Under the pieces are notes generated by a model, which ran no database searches, was not told where the DNA came from, and saw only the letters and a list, made by a program, of their open reading frames with translations. Positions 1 through 12,415 of a DNA stretch of 64,000 nt are shown piece by piece (the first letter of the stretch is position 1; each line of letters begins with the position of its first letter). The position numbers were made by a program, and so were the translations under genes. This stretch comes from Octopus bimaculoides (taxonomy: Eukaryota), in contig NC_068985.1 in the NCBI RefSeq assembly GCF_001194135.2, positions 58,023,057-58,087,056 of the forward strand, in the 5' to 3' direction.

Positions 1-1285
1 ATCCTTCTCAGCCATACTATTAATGTTATTTATGTTCACCCATCATCCACAGATTATCTTTCTGTTACTCTTCATGATTCTTAATCACTTAGGATCAGGA
101 ATCTACTTCCCCGGACTTCCTATCTTACTACGACAAGTATTATCCAGTTCTCGGTATAATCTTGAACCATATGATTTATAGGTCACTATTTACGCTCTAT
201 TATTTACAAAATGATAATCGTAATGCTGTGTTTTCAACATCCCTTAAATAATTAACTTGGACATTTGCCGTCATATGTTTCCATTATCTATATCAAAGTA
301 TTCATTCCGAGCTATGCATGTAGAATACGTTTCGTACATTCCCCCAATCTATACGATTACCGCACCTTTGAAAGAAATGTCATTACATTATTTGACAATT
401 TTATTTCCTTTTGAATGTGCTCAATGTGATTCTCATTGAGTAAGCCATACGAGAAAGAATCCACTAGAAGTAACGTTGAGTAGATATGGTGTTTTTACTA
501 AACTTACTGTAAGACAGAAATTTTTCTTCATCGTAACTGCAGTGAATTTTGCTTTAGAAGTTAAAATATGTTACAAATATATTTTAACTAAGCTAAAGTT
601 CGTTTATTCCTCCTCACTGCTTAGTAATAATGCAACTATACATATCCAGTTTCGGCGATGGAAAAAAAAGTAACAAAAACGTTGAACTATATATATACAT
701 ATTTATTAATAGTTTTATAAGATATTATTTCTATTAATAGTCATCAATGGTGATTAGAGTTTCACATATTATGACACTACTTCAATAAGCTGAGGCAATC
801 AAATGAAATTAGAATATATTTGGCTTTCTGAAATTGTTGTAGTTAGAAGTATTCTTGAAGTGTTCTGATCTGATAAGTTATTCATATATTAATTATGACT
901 GATTGAATTCTTCCACAATGAGACTGTTCAACACAGTTTATTATAGGAATGCATTTACACGTCGTTTCCGACTGGGATTTTAGTAAGCTCAGAAAACTGT
1001 CAAAGTTATTCGCTTAAGTCATTCATTGATCGATTAATTTACTTATTTATTTATTTATTTTATTTACGTATTTATTTATGTATTCATTTTTAGTATTTGC
1101 TAAGAATATTAATGAAACACCATTACACCATTGTAAATCCTCTAATGAAAATACAATACTGAAAAAGAGGCTATACGGAGGTGGTTTGAAGTGTTATACA
1201 ATGAGGCGAATATAATTAAATTAAATTGTACGATATATACGCTTATGTATAACTATATCTATATCTCTCTCTAACCCTCTCTCTC

Positions 1286-1325
<40 letters not shown>

Positions 1326-4300
1326 NNNNNNNNNNNNNNNNNNNNNNNNNNNNNNNNNNNNNNNNNNNNNNNNNNNNNNNNNNNNNNNNNNNNNNNNNNN
1401 NNNNNNNNNNNNNNNNNNNNNNNNNNNNNNNNNNNNNNNNNNNNNNNNNNNNNNNNNNNNNNNNNNNNNNNNNNNNNNNNNNNNNNNNNNNNNNNNNNNN
1501 NNNNNNNNNNNNNNNNNNNNNNNNNNNNNNNNNNNNNNNNNNNNNNNNNNNNNNNNNNNNNNNNNNNNNNNNNNNNNNNNNNNNNNNNNNNNNNNNNNNN
1601 NNNNNNNNNNNNNNNNNNNNNNNNNNNNNNNNNNNNNNNNNNNNNNNNNNNNNNNNNNNNNNNNNNNNNNNNTATATGTATGTATGTATGTATGTATACA
1701 TGCATACATGCAACACGCAAACGGACGCACACTCATGTATATATAAGTATATATGACATAGTCTGAAATTTTGATGCGAAGCAAATATGAATCCATCCTT
1801 CTCACGCACCATAAATTTACGCCCACAATATTCCGACCCAAAGTAAACTCACGGCTCCAAAAATTAGTCCATATATTCAATCTTTTGCTAAAGGAATACA
1901 CTCACACACACACACTCATACATGCTTACACATACACACTCACACACACGAGTAAATATACAAAAGTATTTACAAACTAATAAAAACACACTTTGCTCCC
2001 AATTCATACAATCAAACCCATACAGCCGTACATCACTAATGTACTTATTTCAAACAATAAGTTTTAATGAAGTAAACAATCATAGTTTATTAGGTTAAAA
2101 GTGATATTTATAACCCATTTCCAAAGATGCCACCTAATAAAAGAGTCATAAACTATTATTGACCAAATGTTACTCATCCATAAACAAACATAAGAGACCA
2201 TATGACCTAATCATTACAAAAAAGCTCTTATCACAAAGTCGCACAAAGATACGTAAGATATCTGTATAAAAAAAGACAACATACAAATTGAAACTTTCAT
2301 TCCTGATAACAACGGTAGGCCAAGAACATTCGCAAATATCTTTCACAACCGGTATATCAATTACTGTAGCAGAGATTCCTGCATAGGTGCAGGTGTACTT
2401 ATCAACGGCATTGTTGCGAGTTTCAGTGTCTTCTGCAACAGACTTGGGCCGTCCAAAGCCTTCCGTATATATGCTTTGATATTTGAATGACTTTTTGGGG
2501 AGACTGACTGATGTTATGTAGTTATTTTTGGCAATTAAAAAAAATTTCATGTATATATTTCATTAGTACTTATTGGTTATAATTATAGCAGTCTAGTTAA
2601 TGATGATTTTATTTGTCTTCTGTTGGATTGTGATCTGGCTGTAGTTGTGTGTATCTGTTAGGTAGAACTTGTAATGGACGTAGTTGTGACATTGGTGCCA
2701 CTGAAATTAGTGGTGAGAGTAAAATGTTGATGTTGTTGAAAGTACTGGAGTAATTGCTATTGGAAGAGGCACTTTTGTATTGTATCCTTCCCCAGTTGTT
2801 CATATCTGCAGATGTGTATGTACGTGTGGCCCTTTTATTATCTGAGTTGTCAGTATGAAGAAAAGATTTGCTGACAAATACTTATCTGGTTTTGAGAGGG
2901 GTTTATCACCATCTATTGAGAGCGTCTTCCTTTCGTTTTTCTATTCATCCTTCTGTATACGCTATGTACATAGCTTTAATTGATGTGCATATACAGTCGC
3001 AGTTAATGTGTGCATTTTGTCGTAATTATTATTTATATAACTCCCCAAACAATGTGCTTATATTGTTACTGTTAAGGTGCACTGTATCGTTCCAATTAAT
3101 GCATTTATATAGCTAATATTAAACAGTATATATAAATGCAATCGATGTTCATATATTGTTCCAACTTATGTGCTTATACACAGTCGCAATTGCTGCATAT
3201 ATAGAGACGTTTAAAATGTATGTATAGCCGCAATAAAAGTATATATACAGAGACGCAATGAATGATTTCATTGAATAACAAAACTCTGATGTGGTAGAGT
3301 AGTTTGTAGACCGCAAAATATGGCTTGTAATGATTGCTTTTATTCTGTGTTTCTATGATACTGATGTCATCTTTGTACATGCCATTCGTACGTCAATATA
3401 ATATATTTATGCCACATGAATTTAGAAACTTCGAGAGAACTTGAAAGAAATCGTTTTTATTGGTAGAATTCTCATTAGAAAACTAGGCTGCCTGTAGGTT
3501 TAGAATTTATCCTTCGTCTTTTTGTATTACCAGATCATTTAATCTAATATCTTTATGTTATTATTTTTGTTTCATCTATTTGCATTCAATAAACTGCCAG
3601 TTAATTGCTGGGGCCAGTCTGTAAGATATTTGGAAGCAATTATTGCGGCTACAGAAGAAATTGGTTAGAGTGAGTGGAACTATATGATGCATGTGACTGT
3701 AGATCGGAGAGCAGCTAAGAAGGGGCAGGTTTAATCTTTGTTCACAAAGTGATACTGGTTCTGTGGAGACTCTTTCTTGTCCTATTTAGATCCCTATTTG
3801 GATATGCAGAATGAATGTATATCGACATAATACTAGTCGATATAAATACTGGTTGCTTACTTGAAATCTGCTGTCAAGCTTTTGGAGACAGAGGGGGAGA
3901 AAAATACAAGGCTGACACAGAAAGAGCTAACACAAAAAGTGTAGGTGCGCCCAAATACTAGATTTCGTGGTAGGAGCAAGAGAGAGAAAATGACACAGTT
4001 GCTATGGAAAGTGTTTTACAAATGAGAAATTTCACTTCTTTAATTTGGCTTTCAAGTAATGAATATTCTTTTGAAAACTAACATGCATTTCATTCATTTT
4101 ATATAAGCATCAACAAATTCGATACAATTTAAATTATAAATGATCGTATGTATGCCATCAGACATCTTTCATGGCGGTAAAAGTAAACACCCGAAATTAC
4201 CTGTCGTATAATAACACAATAACCTTTCAACATTACCAGTACTATGTATATTTTACATATCATTTCTCCATTTTCCCCAAGAGTTATTTGCAGCTCTCAT

Positions 4301-4828
4301 CAAATTGACGTTTGTATAAGTAGCAATAAGCAAGTATAAACATGATAGATATATCGTTCTAATGCTTCGCTCCTACTACTTGTTTATTAATTGAAAACAG
4401 CGTTTCTGCTTTTCATGCTGTCGACATCAGTGCATTGACTTGCACTGCCCACATAATGATATTTGTTTGATGCCCTTGTTGGCAGTAAAAACGTTTCTAT
4501 TTTCTGTTCTAGAGCTTTTAGATTGCATTCATTGTAATTTTAGTCCCGATAGTTTATACTTCTTTGGGCTTCATATTATATAGGCTTATGGTGGATTTAC
4601 AACAGAACTTTGCTGCTACTAACATGAAGAAAAATATCCTCTTATGGTACCCTTAAATTGTAATATTTTCTATAATTTCTTATTCATGATCGGCAAAAGT
4701 GAAACAAGTTAACTATGTAAGTATGTTTTCTCAGAAAACAGAATATATATTCTGTGCATTTTCCTTCTTATGTTTTCCTACATATCTCACAACGTGGAAG
4801 GATACAATAAATCCAACGAAGCTTTTCG

Positions 4829-4868
<40 letters not shown>

Positions 4869-4869
<1 letters not shown>

Positions 4870-6248
4870 CTATATATAAAACAGAGATGTGTGTGTAATC
4901 GCTTTTCACTTGAAATCGACTTTACCAAATGCTTCCATACTTGTGATGCGTGAATAATTTAACCTCGGATAAATCTTCATTTGATTTTTTTAATTAAAAA
5001 TAAATAATATTGCTTTATATTTAAGATTCACTTCTTTAAAAGGTTCCTCAATGTCAACTTCCGTTATTGACGTAACAACGGCAAAAAAGCTTCACTCTCT
5101 ATTTTGTGTGTGAGTGTGTGTGTTCGTGGGTATGAGAAAGAGAGAGAGAGAGAGTAAATATTACATACACACCGCTCTCTCACTCTGTCTCACACACATA
5201 CTCACGAACACACACACCCCTTCATTCACTTACACTCTGTCTTTTACAAACACACACATACATAAATGTATACAAACATATTTACAAAGACACAAGTGAA
5301 TGCGCGCGCGTGCGTGTTTGTAAGAGACAGAGTGTGAGTGAGTCAAGGGCTGTGTTGTCAAATGCATACATCCAAAGATGTATGTATATTTATGCATGTA
5401 CATATACATGACAACAAACCTCTCTCTCTCACTCACACTCTGTGTCTCTTACAAACACACACATACATAAATGTATACAAACATATTTACAAAGACACAC
5501 GTGTGTATGCGCGCGCGTGTGCTACGGTATTGACGTAACCGGCAAAAAGCTTCACTCTATATTTTGTGTGTGAGTGTGTGTGTTCGTGTGTATGAGAGAG
5601 AGAGAGAGTAAACACTACATACACACCGCTCTCTCACTCTGTCTCACATACATACACACGCACACACACACCCCTTCACTCACACACACTCTGTCTCTTA
5701 CAAACGAACACATACATAAATGTATACAGACATATTTACATCGACACACGTGTATGCGCGCGCGTGCGTGTTTGTAAGAGAGAGTGTGAGTGAGTCCAGA
5801 TCTGTGTTGTCATAAGCATACATCCAAAGATGTATGTATGTTTATGCATGTACGTATACATGACACCAAACCTCTCTCTCTCACTCACACTCTGTCTCTT
5901 ACAAACACACACGTACATAAATGTATACAAACATATTTACAAAGACACACGTGTGTATGTGCGTGCGTGGGGGGTTCCACAATCGGTATTTATTTCAATT
6001 ACTCTTGTGAGGATATTCACGTAAATCATTTCTTTCATTTAATCTCCATTTAAATTTTCGTAAAAGTACCAATGAGGCTTTTTAGCACATCTTCAATTTT
6101 CCCCATTCATGAGAGGCGCCCAGCCATCATTCAACTGAGAGTCCATCTACAGAATGTCCTCAAATTTCTATACAGCATATCTTGCCTTTTTTTCTTCACG
6201 TATATAAGCAACAATTTCATTCCCGAGCAACGCCGGGTGCCTCTGCTA

Positions 6249-6249
<1 letters not shown>
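4869..6249 (+). mobile_element. Non-autonomous Helitron-like element with internal tandem duplication
   Basis: 3' end shows the GC hairpin CCCGAGCAACGCCGGG (6222-6237), then CTAG (6246-6249) followed by T, the canonical Helitron 3' signature. The 5' end begins CTATATATAAAACAGAGATGTGTGTGT inside an (AT)n tract; a canonical 5' TC is not preserved, so this boundary is approximate. No ORF. Confidence 0.65.
5065..5969 (+). repeat. Tandem duplication, two ~450-460 bp units, each with two copies of a ~60-bp subrepeat
   Basis: Units start TATTGACGTAAC..GGCAAAAAGCTTCACTCT at 5065 and 5528. The subrepeat CTGTCTYTTACAAACACACAC..TACATAAATGTATACAAACATATTTACA occurs at ~5235, ~5438, ~5689 and ~5890. Confidence 0.9.
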
Positions 6250-6280
<31 letters not shown>

Positions 6281-7051
6281 NNNNNNNNNNNNNNNNNNNN
6301 NNNNNNNNNNNNNNNNNNNNNNNNNNNNNNNNNNNNNNNNNNNNNNNNNNNNNNNNNNNNNNNNNNNNNNNNNNNNNNNNNNNNNNNNNNNNNNNNNNNN
6401 NNNNNNNNNNNNNNNNNNNNNNNNNNNNNNNNNNNNNNNNNNNNNNNNNNNNNNNNNNNNNNNNNNNNNNNNNNNNNNNNNNNNNNNNNNNNNNNNNNNN
6501 NNNNNNNNNNNNNNNNNNNNNNNNNNNNNNNNNNNNNNNNNNNNNNNNNNNNNNNNNNNNNNNNNNNNNNNNNNNNNNNNNNNNNNNNNNNNNNNNNNNN
6601 NNNNNNNNNNNNNNNNNNNNNNNNNNNNNNNNNNNNNNNNNNNNNNNNNNNNNNNNNNNNNNNNNNNNNNNNNNNNNNNNNNNNNNNNNNNNNNNNNNNN
6701 NNNNNNNNNNNNNNNNNNNNNNNNNNNNNNNNNNNNNNNNNNNNNNNNNNNNNNNNNNNNNNNNNNNNNNNNNNNNNNNNNNNNNNNNNNNNNNNNNNNN
6801 NNNNNNNNNNNNNNNNNNNNNNNNNNNNNNNNNNNNNNNNNNNNNNNNNNNNNNNNNNNNNNNNNNNNNNNNNNNNNNNATATATATGGGGGGGGTCTCG
6901 CGCGTGTGTATATGTATGTATGTAAATGCATAAGTATATGTATACGTAATTAGAAGCGAAAAGTATGATTCAATGAAATGTTTTCAAAAGTTCTGAAATA
7001 GAAAAGGGTTGTGGTATCTTGGGCAAAGTCTATAAGCATATATAAATATAT

Positions 7052-7388
7052 AGGCGCAGGCGTGGCTGTGTAGTACCTTGGGCAAGTGTCTTCTGCCATA
7101 GCTTCGGGCCAACCAAAGACTTGTGAGTGGATTTGGTAGACGAAACTGACAGAAGCCCGTCGTATACACACACACATATGTGTTTGTATATGTTTGTGTG
7201 TCTGTGTTTGTCGATTGATACCCGATGTTGAGGTTTTTTACGTTTCCGTAACCTAGCGGCCCGGAAAATGAGATGATACAATAAATACTAGGCTTACAAT
7301 GAATAAATCGTCGTTTCGATTTGTTCGACTAAAGGCGGTGATATTCCATGGCCGCACTCAAATGGCTGATGCAAGTAAACGAATAAAT
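7052..7388 (+). mobile_element. tRNA-derived SINE (octopus OR/CORE-like family), head internally deleted
   Basis: GGCGCAGG..GTGGCTGTGT head, CCTTGGGCAAGTGTCTTCT core and GAAGCCCGTCGTATA, then a microsatellite and the 3' module (GATTTGTTCGACTAAAGGCGG...). Homologous to the copies at 23954 and 63812. Confidence 0.8.
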
Positions 7389-8389
7389 GTATAAAGTTGG
7401 GTTCAAATGTCGACGAGATGAAAATTCTATTTCATCTGTTTGGGGGAATATGAAACTACCGCTATCCATCCTTCAAGAATCTGTTGATAGGCGAACTGAT
7501 ACAACGTTTTGATTAGTTGTTGTGCTGTGACGTTTTCGGTTCTTTTTATTGTAAAGGTCACTGATACGAAGCTGCGTAGATATCAACCTTCTCTTGGTTA
7601 TCAATTATAGCTTGGCGACGATAGACTTACATATGTGTCTCCCAAAATCCATGGTCAATCGTACTGTTTGCAAACCTCATCTATCCTTGAGACAATTTCT
7701 CTATAGGCTCCGAATGCCATGACGTCTTTTGCAACAACATATTTATAGTCTATTTTATATCATCAATTATCATGTTGAAAAACGCGCAATATTTTTTATG
7801 ATAGTACATAGTGAGTTGCATGATATTCTATAATTATACAGAAGAATACAATGAATTGGGCTGAAAATAACGCGTGATCCTCACAGTTTTATTTTGATAA
7901 GGAAAATCTAAATGCATTGTTTTCTCGCCAAATTTTATTTCTTCTTACATTGATAATTTTTCCTTTTATTATTCTTATTCGACGAATAAACATGTAAATT
8001 AACGTTTAAATAAGTAAGAGAATTTATTATCAGCAATTTATTGTGAAATGATATTTATATTAATTTACAATGGATTCCATTATTCTTATGGTTTACTCAT
8101 TTATTCGATGTGAAAAACAATATCGATTTTGATGAAATTTTTAATACCACATTCAAGTATACTATGATAATACACAATACTCTAAACAATACATTCAATT
8201 ACTTTTAACTTTTCTTTTCAGGTAAATGTCTTCCACCTTGGTTTTGGTAAAGATAATAAAGATATCAACAAAAAAGGTATATAACACGATTGCTCTGCAA
8301 TGAATTGTATATTATTGTTTTTAAAACATAAATTTTAAGCAAAATAATTGTCATTTTAAAAAATAATCATGAAGGAGGGGATCACTAAT

Positions 8390-8447
<58 letters not shown>
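8390..8447. repeat. (ATCT)n microsatellite
   Basis: Direct reading. Similar arrays at ~21690-21720, ~39716-39767, ~55709-55775 and ~60373-60435. Confidence 0.95.
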
Positions 8448-8723
8448 CTAGTTATGCATACTTATGTTTATATATCTAAACTTCATCGATTGGTTTAAAT
8501 GTACATGAAGCTGTTAACTAAAATGAATTAATTCTTATACTTAAAGCCATACATTCATATGTTGACACTCATCATATATGTATGAATATGTATGTAAGCG
8601 TGTGTGAGTTAACAAATATATGAGCATACACACACATGCCACACACACACACACACACACATAAATATGTGTATGTAAATATATATATATATGTGTGTGT
8701 GTATGTATGTATGTATGTATGCA

Positions 8724-8769
<46 letters not shown>

Positions 8770-9989
8770 NNNNNNNNNNNNNNNNNNNNNNNNNNNNNNN
8801 NNNNNNNNNNNNNNNNNNNNNNNNNNNNNNNNNNNNNNNNNNNNNNNNNNNNNNNNNNNNNNNNNNNNNNNNNNNNNNNNNNNNNNNNNNNNNNNNNNNN
8901 NNNNNNNNNNNNNNNNNNNNNNNNNNNNNNNNNNNNNNNNNNNNNNNNNNNNNNNNNNNNNNNNNNNNNNNNNNNNNNNNNNNNNNNNNNNNNNNNNNNN
9001 NNNNNNNNNNNNNNNNNNNNNNNNNNNNNNNNNNNNNNNNNNNNNNNNNNNNNNNNNNNNNNNNNNNNNNNNNNNNNNNNNNNNNNNNNNNNNNNNNNNN
9101 NNNNNNNNNNNNNNNNNNNNNNNNNNNNNNNNNNNNNNNNNNNATATATATATATATGTATATGTATATATATATATGCGTGTGTGTGCGTATATTTATC
9201 TATGTATGCATGTATGTATTTAAGTATTCTATTCTTTCTTATTTGTTGGAAATATTCTACTTAATGATGAACATCTAACTACGCAATACTACGCAACATA
9301 CCTTTGATATCTGTGTTCTGAGGAGGAGAGCTATTTTACGAAACTTAGCAGCCTAATTAATGCATTGCAGTGTAACGATAGACTCGTTCATTGAGTAGGC
9401 TCACACCTTATTCACCTCATCATTCACGAGTAGTTTTTCTAATGAGTAAAGTTACATTACACTAATTATTTTGAGTTAATAAATATGAACCAACGTATCC
9501 TCAGACATTTCTAACAAATAGCAGTCAATTTTTTTGTACGTCATATATTTAATTTAAGGTCACTTCAAGAAAGACATTTTGTGATACAAAAAAAAAGAAG
9601 AGTAACACCGTGGTACATATTGATCCACACTAACCTGTAGTAATACTTTATCCATAGTAACAACATTTAAATAATTTCCTTCAATGAGAATTAGATTCAA
9701 AATAGAAACTAGAAAACCCAAGAAGCGTGTACGAACAGTAACATGCTGAGGTGCATGTATGCAGTACACTATCAAATTCACCAGCTAGAGAAAGTTCATT
9801 TTATTTATACATAATATGGATAATTAAAATATACAATATAAACATCATATCATAAATATATCATTAAGAAAACTCGTGAAAACTTACTATGAAGATGACT
9901 TCATATCACTTAAAATTTTATATTTATTCAGTTACTATATTCAATAAGGCGAAATGCTAGCACGACAGTCAAGCGATAACATATAACAA

Positions 9990-10400
9990 ATGCTTTGTAA
10001 GCATTCGTTATATCTGCCAAGCCTTTCAGGGATAGTTTTCTCTAAGCTCATTTCTAGATGAGATTAGCTACCCTGCTCTTCACGTCTTCTCAGTTTTGCC
10101 CCTTGAGATCTTGTCCAAACCACACCCCGCGCAATTTAATCAGACCCTCAGTCCAGCATTCTGTAATCTCACGACGTTGTTCGATGTCATGAGCTTTCCC
10201 TTCCAGGTATCGAGTTTCACAGAATTTTATTGGTTAATTTTTGCTTGTGCCTCTGCTTCGTAGGACTGGTGTTCGACTCTATGGGGTTGGCGACGTCTGC
10301 GTACGCCGACACGGTTCACTCACGTCCTATTTTGCGCGGGATGCCCCTTAACGCTTCCAATTTCCGAAGTAGTGGCTCTAAAGCCAGTACATACAGACAA
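9990..10400 (-). mobile_element. L1/Tx1-clade LINE reverse-transcriptase fragment (pseudogenised)
   Basis: Minus-strand translation LYVLALEPLLRKLEALRGIP...VSAYADV (degenerate YADD), later GVWFG and RKLSLKGLAD. Contains stops and frameshifts. Confidence 0.8.
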
Positions 10401-11170
10401 GTCTTCCTAAGCTGCAAATATCCCTATACTTGACCAAATGATTGTAGTTGTGAGGAGTCTGTTGTTAGCATTACAGACCAAGTATTGTTGCTAAACTGAG
10501 ATTCTGTTACTCATCCCCCAAATATGCAGTGAATCCATACACATATTCTTCTGCAGATTTTCACTAAGCAAGACTCAATACAACACCGGCAAAATAATGA
10601 AATCACTTGATGTGTCGAGAATGCTAATCATATTCAGAAAAACATGCTGGTGTAGTGGACTTTCTAACTGTACAGCCAAGGAGACATTCATAAAACATTC
10701 ACTGTTATAAAATTGTGAATTTGCTGGAAGTTGTTCACAAACGTTTTTGGCAATGTTAAAACTAGCAAAGAATTTGGAAATGCGTCATTTCATGTAATGG
10801 TCAGGTTGGCAACAAGAAGCCTTTGCCAGTTGTCTTTGAGAATAAGTTTTGTTGTAGTTTCTTCAAAAGAAAATTACAAGACAGAAATATTTTATCGTGA
10901 TAACAGAGGCTATAGTAATTCTAATTAAAGAATAGCTGTTTGCTGACATTTGAAATATGTGAGTGGACAATGAAAGACTTTCTAAATGTGTAGAGAGTGC
11001 TAGACGTCACGTATAAACAGGTGCAGATTAATATCGCTTCCTTTTGGTTCGAAAATTTAAATTCTTATCTACAATTTCACAATTTAGAATCTTTAATTCA
11101 TCGTCATCGTCATCATCATCCTCATCATCTTCATCCTCCTCATCATCATTTTTATTATTTTAATTTTATT

Positions 11171-12415
11171 TTAATCTGCACCTTTGATGCAAATATTTTT
11201 CGGACACACCCAGCACCATAGGGCAAGCGAAGTTTGAGATATGTTGAAATATGACAAAGGAGAGTAAGATGGGGAGGGCAGCAGAGAAATGCATTCATAT
11301 TATACAACACAAATATTTAAACTGATATGGTTTTTCTAAGGATGTGAGCAACACTTGTCACCGCATACTTTGGGTATGTTTCTCCTGGGATGTTGTCTAG
11401 ATGTTCCTGACGCTCCTTTTTTTATCATACATAGGGAACCTACTATAACAGGAACCCATTCTGCTTTAAATGGTTACATCTTTTGCATTTCATTTTCGAG
11501 GATTTGCTACAGATATATTTTTATGGGAAGGGACACTTGCATCTATTAGTGTACAAGAATTTGCTTCCGTTTTTGAGCTTGATGATGATGATGATGATGA
11601 TGATGACGACGACGACGATGACGACGGCGACGACGACGACGACGATGTTGATGATGATGATGATGATGATAATAATAATTATTTTTATTGTTGTTATTAT
11701 TATTATCAACATTTTCTTCGATGCCTTTAATAATTATGTCTTGTCGATTACCCCAGAACGAAGTGACATTTTTACCTGCAACGAACGGCTCAGGATGATG
11801 CTCACACCTGTAAGCAGGTGTGCTAATTTTGTAGTGCTGATATATCTTCCAATGTAAATACTGTCCTACCTCATCGTAGCGACTTATGTATTTATTTGGT
11901 TTTAGCACTGGACATCCCCAGACGAGATGGTCAATTGTTTTATCAAAAATGTATGGCAGAAACTGCATTTAAGGTTATAACCGTTTTGAACAACGTTATC
12001 CTGGTAGTCTTTGGTAAGCAAGCTTTGATTTTGTGCCGCTAATATGAAACCTTCAGACTCTGCTTTCAGTTCTAAGCTTCTCAGCCACTGATAGGTTGTT
12101 GCTCGTCCGATCCGTTTTGCTTGTTTGGTGGCAGTACTTTCAGGTTCTTCATCTAATTCAGGGTTAATGCCGAGTTCATTTGCGAATTTGCAAGCTTCTT
12201 TGGCAGGAAAATGTGAGTTTTTTTGCTTTCGTGTTTCCACACGACCCGCAGCATCCAGTCCTCTGTACTATTTAAGTACCTGATCATTGTTATTGCGGAG
12301 GTCTTATAGCTCAGTACTACCTGCATCATTCTTCTTCCTCCATTACTTCTATGTAGGTACAGTTGATAAACGTCTGCTTTTGTGTGGTGCATGTTCTTAG
12401 ATGTTAGGAGTTTTA
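11171..12415 (-). mobile_element. RLE-type (R4/Dong/NeSL-like) LINE, 3' half, subfamily A, interrupted by a microsatellite insert
   Basis: HHTKADVYQLYLHRSNGG, WLRSLELKAESEGFILAAQNQSL, CCHC remnant KCSFC..TIDHLVWGC, NRQDIIIK, CTLIDASVPS, VPVIVGSL, AHILRKTISV*. Followed by a 3' UTR and an AAT/GAT-type tail at 11099-11170. Confidence 0.9.
11568..11710. repeat. Compound (GAT)n(GAC)n(GAT)n(AAT)(ATT)n microsatellite inside the LINE endonuclease domain
   Basis: Direct reading. Flanked by ATTTGCTTC (11559-11567) and ATTTTCTTC (11711-11719). Confidence 0.9.

Noticed and set aside
3818-3844. 9-bp hairpin TATATCGAC/GTCGATATA
   Set aside because: Expected by chance in AT-rich DNA, with no associated structure.
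7631-7760. Minus-strand frame ...EVCKQYD*PWILGDTY ending at a GTAAGT donor; considered as an aspartic-protease WILGD motif or a selenocysteine TGA
   Set aside because: In-frame stop, no usable acceptor, no other protease motifs, and no match to a selenoprotein context or SECIS that I can recognise.
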